From positions 94,199 to 158,198 of the forward strand of contig CAMTWV010000002.1 in NCBI GenBank assembly GCA_947085535.1: 64,000 nt of DNA. The letters run 5' to 3'. This DNA comes from an uncultured Actinomycetes bacterium. GTDB taxonomy: Bacteria; Actinomycetota; Aquicultoria; Subteraquimicrobiales; CAMTWV01. Made by a program: the position numbers and the translations under genes. Shown here piece by piece: positions 57,046 through 64,000 of this stretch (positions are counted from its first letter, which is position 1; the number at the start of each line of letters is the position of its first letter). The notes under the pieces are model-generated. The model did no database searches and had not been told where the DNA came from. It saw nothing but the letters and a program-made list of their open reading frames with translations.

Positions 57046-57161
57046 CAAACATAATCCACTTTTTATAAAGACAAAAATTCCTGCGACACAATTTAGCACA
57101 GGAAAATTATTCAAAAAGTCACTATCTTTTTAGAAATTAAAGAATGATAAATTAGAAGAAA

Positions 57162-57620
57162 CTACCCTCGTTGTTCCATTTTTCCTTGTAGTCTATCTCT
57201 ACCACGCTGAACAGCTGCTAAAAGTTTTCCTAAATTGACTTCAAGGTTGGCTAACATCTCGTCAGCATAATCTTCAGCACCTAAACGAATTTCTCTTTCA
57301 TGTGCTCTTGCTTTATCTAATATTTCAGCTGCCTGCTGTTCTGCAAGTTTAACAACTTCAGTTTCAGAAGCTAAAGCTTTTGCTTGTTCTCTTGTATCTT
57401 CAAGAATCCGATTAGCTTCTTTTTCCGCCTCTTCAAGCATTTCCTGTCTTTCTTTGACTATCCATCGAGCTTGTTTGAGTTCATCCGGCAAGGTTGCCCG
57501 CAATTCGTCAATAATTTCGTAAATTTTCTGCTCGTTTATAATAACCGATGAAGTAAGGGGCATTTTTTTGCTTCTTGCTACCACGTCTTCTAATTTATCA
57601 ATTACTGTCATTATATCCAT
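57162..57620 (-). CDS. coiled-coil protein resembling ATP-synthase b / H-subunit-like proteins. Function unknown
   Basis: 152 aa, almost entirely alpha-helical heptads (EEAEKEANRILEDTREQAKALASE...). Lies between coaD and rpmF. Confidence 0.5.
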   Translation of the reverse strand: MDIMTVIDKLEDVVARSKKMPLTSSVIINEQKIYEIIDELRATLPDELKQARWIVKERQEMLEEAEKEANRILEDTREQAKALASETEVVKLAEQQAAEILDKARAHEREIRLGAEDYADEMLANLEVNLGKLLAAVQRGRDRLQGKMEQRG

Positions 57621-57631
57621 AAATTACCTCC

Positions 57632-58120
57632 TCAATATTTAACTTGTGAGAATGCCTTTTTTAATGCGATTTCAACATTCTCTGGCACCATACTCGTGAG
57701 ACATCCTCCATACTTAGCAATTTCTCTTACCGCGCTTGAGCTGAGATAAGCATATTTTGGAGAAGCCATTATGAACATTGTTTCAATGGAAGGGTCCAAT
57801 TTGTGATTTAATTGAGCCATTTGAAATTCATGCTCAAAATCAGAAACTGCACGCAATCCTCTAACTATTATATTGGCTTGATTTCTTTTGGCAAATTCAA
57901 CCAATAAGCAATCGAAAGATTCGACAGCAACATTTTCAAGATGTGCGCATGCGTTTTTAACCAATTCAATGCGGTCACTTAAGCCCAAAGAAGGTTTTTT
58001 AGTAACATTTTCCGCTATTCCAATAATAACCTTATCGAAAATACTTGCCGCTCTTTCTATGACGTCAATATGCCCATTAGTTATTGGATCAAAACTACCA
58101 GGGCAAATGGCTATTTGCAT
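57632..58120 (-). CDS. coaD: phosphopantetheine adenylyltransferase
   Basis: AICPGSFDPITNGHIDVIERA motif. 162 aa. Confidence 0.9.
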   Translation of the reverse strand: MQIAICPGSFDPITNGHIDVIERAASIFDKVIIGIAENVTKKPSLGLSDRIELVKNACAHLENVAVESFDCLLVEFAKRNQANIIVRGLRAVSDFEHEFQMAQLNHKLDPSIETMFIMASPKYAYLSSSAVREIAKYGGCLTSMVPENVEIALKKAFSQVKY

Positions 58121-58689
58121 TAAGAGCTCTCTCCTTCACTTTTAATTTTATAAATAGAAACGCATGTATTGCCAAATTTTCGATTCTTAACACAAATTAA
58201 GCCTTCAACTGAATGTGCATAAAACTCTTTCGAGTGCTCAAGAACGACTAATCCTTCCGGATTAAGTATTAACGAGCAGTCTTTCAAAATTTCTATTAGT
58301 TTATCAAAGTCAATTTTATAGGGAGGGTCAATAAAAATCAAATCAAAAGCCCGTTTATCTCTTATAAACTGTTTAAGGATTTTTTCGACATTTATTGGTA
58401 AAGTTTTTGCTTTGTCTGAAAAACCTGTTAATTCAAGATTCCTTTTTAAGTAATTGAACACAACTTTGTTGTTCTCAATAAAGATTATAAAATGTGCTCC
58501 TCGGCTTAATGCTTCTATGCCTAAACTTCCAATTCCAGCGTAGAGGTCTAAAACACTGGCATCTTTAACTACGTCGCCTAAAATATTAAAAAGAGTTTCT
58601 TTTACTCTATCTGTTGTAGGACGCAAATCTTTAACTTTAGGCGCAAACAATTTTCTTCCTTTTGTGATTCCTGCAATTACTCTCATCAA
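58120..58689 (-). CDS. rsmD: 16S rRNA (guanine966-N2)-methyltransferase RsmD
   Basis: RPTTDRVKETLFNIL, DLYAGIGSLGIEALSRGA, DPPY motifs. Confidence 0.85.
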   Translation of the reverse strand: MMRVIAGITKGRKLFAPKVKDLRPTTDRVKETLFNILGDVVKDASVLDLYAGIGSLGIEALSRGAHFIIFIENNKVVFNYLKRNLELTGFSDKAKTLPINVEKILKQFIRDKRAFDLIFIDPPYKIDFDKLIEILKDCSLILNPEGLVVLEHSKEFYAHSVEGLICVKNRKFGNTCVSIYKIKSEGESS

Positions 58690-58724
58690 AACTCCATTGT
58701 AAGTTTGTATCTTTTAAGCATATT

Positions 58725-60872
58725 TTAAGCATAAAACAACCAATCGAGATTGCTGGCAAATTTTCTTCTCACAGCTTGAAATAGTGGTCGATTTTCAGAT
58801 AATTTCAGAGCAGGGTCTTTTTCTATTAATTCGAATGCATCATCTCGAGCTTGAAGCAAAATATTTATGTCACGAGTAATCTTGGCTAACTTTAAATCGG
58901 GTAAACCCGATTGTCTGACTCCAAAAATTTGCCCCTCGCCTCTTATTTCAAGATCAAGCTCCGCGAGTTTAAAACCATCATGAGTGTTAACAATAGCTTC
59001 CATCCGTTGTCTGCCTTCATCTGTGGTTGGGTCAGCAAAAAGGAAACAATAGCCCTTGTGCTGTCCTCGTCCAATCCTGCCTCTTAACTGGTGAAGCTGG
59101 GATAAGCCAAATCTTTCAGCATCCTCAATTAACATAACAGTTGCATTGGGAACATCAACACCAACTTCAACGACTGTCGTTGAGATAAGAACATCTAATT
59201 CTCTTCCGACAAAGGATTCCATGATTGTTTCTTTTTCTTCTGTCTTTAATTTGCTGTGAATAAAACCCACTCTTAAATCAGGAAAAACTTCGTTTTCTAA
59301 TCTTTCAATTTCAGCCATAACTGCTTTAACTTCTAACTTATCGGATTCTTCGATTAAAGGACAAATTATGTAAGCCTGTCTTCCCTGCCTTACTTCGCTT
59401 CTTATTTTCTCATTGGCGAAATTTCGGTGAGTTTTATCTAAAACAGTAGTTTCTACATGTTCAGATAGGTTTCTCCCTCCGGGAAGTTCATTAATAATTG
59501 AAATATCGAGGTCTCCATATAAAGTAAGTGAAAGAGTTCGGGGAATTGGTGTCGCAGTCATGACAAGAACGTCAGAAAAAGTTCCTTTTTCTTTAAGTGC
59601 CACTCTTTGTTGAACACCAAATCTGTGTTGTTCATCCACGATAACTAAACCAAGTTTAGAAAAGACAACGTCTTTTTGGATTATAGCGTGTGTTCCGATA
59701 ACTATATCAACTTTACCTTTACTGATTTCTTCTTGTAAAACTTTCTTTTCTTTTTCAGTTAAACTTCCTTTAAGTAAGGCTATTCTTACGGAAGGCATTC
59801 TTTCATGGGATACAAATAAACTTTCCAGTAAGTGAGTTATTTTTTTAAAGTGCTGTTCGGCTAAGATTTCTGTTGGAGCCATCATGGCTGCTTGATAACC
59901 ACCTTGCACAGCAACAAGAAGTGAAGCAAGAGCCACTACTGTTTTACCTGAACCGACCTCACCTTGCAGCAAGCGATTCATTGGTAAAGGAGAAGCCATG
60001 TCTTTTAAAATTTCTGAAATGGTTTTTTTCTGGCTGTTTGTCAATGCAAAAGGTAAAGAGCAATAAAATTCATCAATGAGTGGTCCTTCAATCTGGTGAG
60101 CTATGCCTGTTGTTTGATTCTTAAATTGTTTCTTACGAAAAGCTAATCCGACTTGCATTAAGAATAATTCCTCGTAAAGCAATCTTCTTCGAGCTTCCTC
60201 ACAATATCTCTCCGATGTGGGAAAGTGTATTTCTTTAAGGGCTGAATAACGGTCTAAAAAATTGTATTTGGCTAATATAAAGGAAGGCAGCGAGTCAGAA
60301 AGAACCGGAGAAGTGTCAAGCATATTTTTAATTATTCGTCGAAGTCGGGCTGTGGTTAGATATTGGGAAGCAGGATGAAACGGAATAATTCGACTGGTAT
60401 GGACAGTGTCTTCGCCTAATCGGGTATCTTCATCAATTACTTCGTAAAGAGGATTTTCTATTTGGAGCTGACCATATCTAAAGGAAGTTTTTCCGCTAAA
60501 AGCAACGACCATACCATCTTTTAACCTATCCGCAATGAAATCCTGATTAAACCACACTCCATAGAGATATTCTGTTCCATCAAAAATACCCACATTTATA
60601 ACTCGAATACCGCTTTTGCCCACAGTTTTCCGAACAATTTTAACCTCGCCGACTACAGTTACCTCTTCACCAACCTTTACATTTGATATGGATAAAACTT
60701 TTGCCGTGTTTAAATAGCGATGCGGAAAGTGATAAAGCAGATCTTCAACAACAAAAATACCCATTCGATTAAGCTGCTTCGAGATACCAGGACCAACAAA
60801 CTTAAGATAAGTTACTTCTTTGTCTAAAAAGTTCGATTCTAAAGCATAACCATTTTTCGGGGATTCTTTTAT
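58725..60872 (-). CDS. recG: ATP-dependent DNA helicase RecG. Conserved N-terminal helix-hairpin-helix lies upstream of the first ATG
   Basis: Helicase motifs GEVGSGKT, DEQHRFG, wedge domain. Upstream of the track start (60764) the same frame encodes LKFVGPGISKQLNRMGIFVVEDLLYHFPHRY, matching the RecG N-terminal LTGVGAALSNKLAKIGIHTVQDLLLHLPLRY. The frame stays open to the degV stop at 61083 with no ATG/GTG/TTG. Proposed start ATA at 60870-60872 after AAAGGAA. Confidence 0.8.
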   Translation of the reverse strand: MKESPKNGYALESNFLDKEVTYLKFVGPGISKQLNRMGIFVVEDLLYHFPHRYLNTAKVLSISNVKVGEEVTVVGEVKIVRKTVGKSGIRVINVGIFDGTEYLYGVWFNQDFIADRLKDGMVVAFSGKTSFRYGQLQIENPLYEVIDEDTRLGEDTVHTSRIIPFHPASQYLTTARLRRIIKNMLDTSPVLSDSLPSFILAKYNFLDRYSALKEIHFPTSERYCEEARRRLLYEELFLMQVGLAFRKKQFKNQTTGIAHQIEGPLIDEFYCSLPFALTNSQKKTISEILKDMASPLPMNRLLQGEVGSGKTVVALASLLVAVQGGYQAAMMAPTEILAEQHFKKITHLLESLFVSHERMPSVRIALLKGSLTEKEKKVLQEEISKGKVDIVIGTHAIIQKDVVFSKLGLVIVDEQHRFGVQQRVALKEKGTFSDVLVMTATPIPRTLSLTLYGDLDISIINELPGGRNLSEHVETTVLDKTHRNFANEKIRSEVRQGRQAYIICPLIEESDKLEVKAVMAEIERLENEVFPDLRVGFIHSKLKTEEKETIMESFVGRELDVLISTTVVEVGVDVPNATVMLIEDAERFGLSQLHQLRGRIGRGQHKGYCFLFADPTTDEGRQRMEAIVNTHDGFKLAELDLEIRGEGQIFGVRQSGLPDLKLAKITRDINILLQARDDAFELIEKDPALKLSENRPLFQAVRRKFASNLDWLFYA

Positions 60873-61082
60873 AGAAATTCCTTTATTTATGTAAGAGTTA
60901 AGGAATTTTTCGCGCTCTTTAACAAGGGAAAAAGGATAAATGCGGGCAATTTCTTTGAAAGATTCATTTATTGAGGAAAGGTAAACATCAAATCCCCCGA
61001 TGACAGCTCTATTTTCCGCATTTAAGTTTTTTTCAACTAAAAAAGAAATTTTTTCAGAGGATTTTGTTTCGGAAATTTTCGA

Positions 61083-61940
61083 TTACCCCTCCTCGTAGAA
61101 AAAGAGAGCTACGGCACCTGGACCGATATAAGTTCCAATTACGCTTCCTATTTGAGCTTCAAGAAGAGAAACATGCTCAATATTTTCTTTTTTAATTTCC
61201 TTTATAAGTAAGTCAGCTACTTTTTTATCATCAGAATAAGCCACGCCTAAACGGAGGGGCTTTTCCCCACTGATACTTTCTTTAAGAGAACTAATTAGCT
61301 CAGGCATGATTCGTGCGGTTCCCCTGATCTTTTTATAAGGTGCGACAACACCGTCATCAAGGGTTAAAACAGGTTTTATGCTAAGCAAAGAACCTACAAG
61401 AGCTTGTGCTTTACCAATTCTCCCACCCAGATGAAGGTACTTTAATGTGTCAAGAACGAAGAAAATTTTAACTTTCTCACTTAAAGAATTGGCTAAATTA
61501 GCCAGGTCATTAAAAGATTTTCCTTCGTTTCTTGCCCTTACAAGAGCATCAACAATCATTCCGAGGGCAGCAGATGCTTGTTTTGAATCGATAATTTCGA
61601 TGGCTGCTCCTTTTATCATTTCTTTAGCCGCAGTGGCTGAACCAATGGTACCGCTTAATTTTTCAGAGATATGCACTGATATAATCTGAGAGCACCCTTC
61701 TTCAACAAGTTTTTTGTAAGCGCTCATAAATTCCATAGTGGTTGGTTGAGAAGTTTTGGGTAAAACCTCAGATGTTTTTAATCTCTGGTAGAAATCTTCA
61801 GGATTCATTTCTGTCCAGTCACGATAGATTTCTTCCTCTCCAAACCGAACGGTTAAGGGAACTATTATCACCTCGTTTTCTTTGTAATATGAAAGCGGTA
61901 AGTCGGCAGTACTATCTGTTACAATAGCAATTTTTTCCAT
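61083..61940 (-). CDS. DegV-family fatty-acid-binding protein (FakB)
   Basis: MEKIAIVTDSTADLP start. 285 aa. Directly downstream of the DAK2-domain gene. Confidence 0.85.
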   Translation of the reverse strand: MEKIAIVTDSTADLPLSYYKENEVIIVPLTVRFGEEEIYRDWTEMNPEDFYQRLKTSEVLPKTSQPTTMEFMSAYKKLVEEGCSQIISVHISEKLSGTIGSATAAKEMIKGAAIEIIDSKQASAALGMIVDALVRARNEGKSFNDLANLANSLSEKVKIFFVLDTLKYLHLGGRIGKAQALVGSLLSIKPVLTLDDGVVAPYKKIRGTARIMPELISSLKESISGEKPLRLGVAYSDDKKVADLLIKEIKKENIEHVSLLEAQIGSVIGTYIGPGAVALFFYEEG

Positions 61941-61951
61941 TCTTATCCTCC

Positions 61952-63556
61952 TTATTCAGCTGAAATTATGAGAGGGTAAAACAGTTGCTTGCCTTCGCAA
62001 ATTTCTATTTCAACATCAGAAAAGTTCTCTTTTAAAAACCTGGTTAATTTTTCAATATCTTCTTCGGTAACGCCTTCGCCTTTAATTAATGTTACTAAAT
62101 TTACAGTGTTTTTTGACACCATAAGCGAGAGCAGGTTTTGCGAAGCTTCAATTAAGTTTGAAGCTTTAATTTTTAAATCGTGATTTAAAAGTCCAATGTA
62201 ATCTCCTTCTCCAATTAAACCTATCTTTGATTTTGTTTCTCTAACAGCTCGAGTAATTTCTCCTGTTTTTACATTCTTTAGTGCTTCAGTCATCTCTTCC
62301 ACATTTTCTTCTAACTTTTTTTCTGGATTAAAAGCAAGAAGTGCAGCAAAAGCTTCTGGTATAGATTTTGTCGGGACAACTTCAATGTTTTTTTGACTGG
62401 CTTCTTTAGCTTTTTCAGCAGTTAAAATAACATTTTTATTATTTGGAAGTATAATCACATTTAAAGAGGAAGCTTTCTCGACTGCATGCAAAATTTCGGA
62501 AGTACTTGGATTCATCGTTTGTCCACCATTAACAATCTGGCTAACACCAAGACTTTTTAAAATATCATTAATTCCTTCTCCGACGGAAACAGCAACCAGA
62601 CTTATTTTTTCCTCCTTTGCTGCTTGAGCTAATGTGCGAGCTCTTTCTATACTTTGTTCTACCATATTATTTATCTGTACTTGTGAAATTGTGCCGAGCG
62701 AAGTCACGTAATTAAGAACATTTCCCGGTTCATTGGTATGTACATGCACGCGAGTTAATTGAGGTGTTCCAACTACCATTATCGAATCCCCAAGCGGTTC
62801 AAGATATTCTTCTATGTTTGTTAAATTAACACCTTCGCTTTTAAGTAAAAATTCAGTGCAATAAGTGTATTTGAGAGAAACTTCTTCTTCTACATAAGAA
62901 GGCGCTTTCCCCAAAGTAACCATTTCTTCAAGAGTTATTCCTTTAAGGGCAGCTAAAATACCTTCTCCCAAAACAACCAGACCAAGCGCTCCTGCATCAA
63001 CTACCCCGGCTTCTTTTAAGACAGGCAACAAATCGGGGGTCCGCTCTAATGAAGCTCTGCCTTCCATAAAAACAATCTCAAGAAAATTCTCTATTTCAAT
63101 ATCCTGTCCTTTTAAAGCTTTGGCTTGAGTTGCCATATCTTTAATGACAGTTAGCATTGTTCCTTCAACAGGTTTTCTTACTGCGTGATAGGCAACTTTA
63201 ACTGAATTTTCCAGAGCCTCAATTAAATCCGACACAGTAATAGTCTCGCATTTACTGAGGACTTCGCTCATTCCTCTAATAATCTGTGACAAGATAACAC
63301 CCGAATTACCTCTTGCCCCCATTAAGGAACCGTAGGATAAAGCATGCATTAAGGCAGAAATAGAAGTTTTATCGGTTTTGGAAATCTCTTCGCAAACAAC
63401 TTGCATTGTTAAAACCATATTGGTGCCCGTATCACCATCGGGGACAGGAAAGACATTTAATCTGTTTATTTCATCGCGATGAGCTTTAAGATTTGCAAAA
63501 GCCGCCTCAATCAATCTGGGTATTTCCATTGAGGTTAAGCGGGAAGTCATAAGCAA
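61952..63556 (-). CDS. DAK2-domain fatty acid kinase subunit (FakA/YloV-like)
   Basis: N-terminal Dak2 domain (PDGDTGTNM), C-terminal domains. 534 aa. Confidence 0.8.
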   Translation of the reverse strand: MLMTSRLTSMEIPRLIEAAFANLKAHRDEINRLNVFPVPDGDTGTNMVLTMQVVCEEISKTDKTSISALMHALSYGSLMGARGNSGVILSQIIRGMSEVLSKCETITVSDLIEALENSVKVAYHAVRKPVEGTMLTVIKDMATQAKALKGQDIEIENFLEIVFMEGRASLERTPDLLPVLKEAGVVDAGALGLVVLGEGILAALKGITLEEMVTLGKAPSYVEEEVSLKYTYCTEFLLKSEGVNLTNIEEYLEPLGDSIMVVGTPQLTRVHVHTNEPGNVLNYVTSLGTISQVQINNMVEQSIERARTLAQAAKEEKISLVAVSVGEGINDILKSLGVSQIVNGGQTMNPSTSEILHAVEKASSLNVIILPNNKNVILTAEKAKEASQKNIEVVPTKSIPEAFAALLAFNPEKKLEENVEEMTEALKNVKTGEITRAVRETKSKIGLIGEGDYIGLLNHDLKIKASNLIEASQNLLSLMVSKNTVNLVTLIKGEGVTEEDIEKLTRFLKENFSDVEIEICEGKQLFYPLIISAE

Positions 63557-63570
63557 GATTCTCCCTTAAA

Positions 63571-63924
63571 TTACTCCTTAGTTCTTATGCCTTGAACATG
63601 GACATCGACGCTAACTACATTAACCTGCGCCAGTCTTTCAAGCTCATACTTAATTTTAGTTATTAAATTATGCGCAACTTCAGCAACATTTATTCCGTGC
63701 TCAACAACAACATACAAATCAACTTCAATTCCTTCATCAACCGGGGTTACCTTTATACCCTTTTTTAATTTATCACGGCTGAGTAGCGAAGCTACCCCAG
63801 ATTTTAAATTTGGATTAGCCATACCAACCACGCCATAACATTCGAGAACAGTATAACCTGCTATCTCAGCTAAAGCATTATTGGAAATTTGAATTTGTCC
63901 AAGATTTGGCAGATAGTTACTCAT
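63571..63924 (-). CDS. Asp23/Gls24 family (alkaline shock protein-like)
   Basis: 117 aa. Conserved position upstream of fakA. Confidence 0.8.
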   Translation of the reverse strand: MSNYLPNLGQIQISNNALAEIAGYTVLECYGVVGMANPNLKSGVASLLSRDKLKKGIKVTPVDEGIEVDLYVVVEHGINVAEVAHNLITKIKYELERLAQVNVVSVDVHVQGIRTKE

Positions 63925-64000
63925 CTTCCTGGGTTAACTTGTTTAATTCATTAATAAGTTTATCAGGGTCGATACCGTGAGCAAGTGCTCCTTCTTCAAT
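63917..64000 (-). CDS. 3' end of an unidentified gene (partial, enters from beyond window end)
   Basis: Open minus-strand frame ...IEEGALAHGIDPDKLINELNKLTQEDE-stop. Stop TAA overlaps the Asp23 start (ATGAGTAA). Confidence 0.3.
   Translation of the reverse strand: MEEGALAHGIDPDKLINELNKLTQEDE

Noticed and set aside
56875-57080. Possible decayed yceD (DUF177) gene
   Set aside because: A 59-codon open frame exists but has no start codon. I cannot see the characteristic DUF177 C-terminal Cys motifs. Too weak to call even a pseudogene.

Overview
The window is a 64-kb, low-GC, gene-dense stretch in which essentially every gene is on the minus strand. It is a long series of housekeeping operons with Firmicutes/Clostridia-like order: fakA-fakB-recG-rsmD-coaD | rpmF-plsX-fabH-[acd-etfB-etfA]-fabD-fabG-acpP-fabK-fabF-rnc-smc-ftsY-ffh-rpsP-KH | rimM-trmD-rplS-lepB-rnhB-yraN-comM-dprA-xerC-sigma28-rpsB-tsf-pyrH-frr-uppS-cdsA-dxr-rseP-ispG-proS-GT2 | rimP-nusA-ylxR-infB-DUF503-rbfA-nrnA-truB-ribF | rpsO-pnp-M16-dapB-dapA-rnj-uppP-ftsK-rodZ. 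I found no rRNA, tRNA, CRISPR array or obvious IS or phage genes.

Features beyond routine annotation:
(1) The only plus-strand genes are a compact three-gene cassette at 12753-14960, wedged between ribF and rpsO: an XRE-HTH repressor, an ImmA/IrrE-type HEXXH peptidase and a 7TM protein whose C-terminal HD-GYP-like domain has lost all catalytic motifs. Its promoter carries palindromic and tandem operator repeats. This is my best candidate for an undescribed signal-inducible membrane effector or receptor module.
(2) A CarCDE-type module (butyryl-CoA-dehydrogenase-like ACAD, EtfB, EtfA with N-terminal 2x[4Fe-4S] ferredoxin) is embedded with 0-18 nt gaps inside the fab operon between fabH and fabD. 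The FabK homologue nearby carries a C-x2-C-x3-C-x4-C cluster. Together these suggest a flavin/ETF-dependent acyl-ACP redox step.
(3) A family of pyrimidine-rich interspersed repeats of about 70-90 nt, plus GC-rich palindromes, recurs in four long intergenic regions.
(4) An orphan FliA-type sigma factor gene and recG both have conserved N-terminal coding sequence upstream of any ATG/GTG/TTG. Each has an SD-like motif plus an ATA codon at the expected start position.
(5) A hairpin terminator sits 20 nt upstream of rimP and may act as a leader attenuator of the nusA operon.

All calls are from reading the translations and sequence by eye. No database searches were run.
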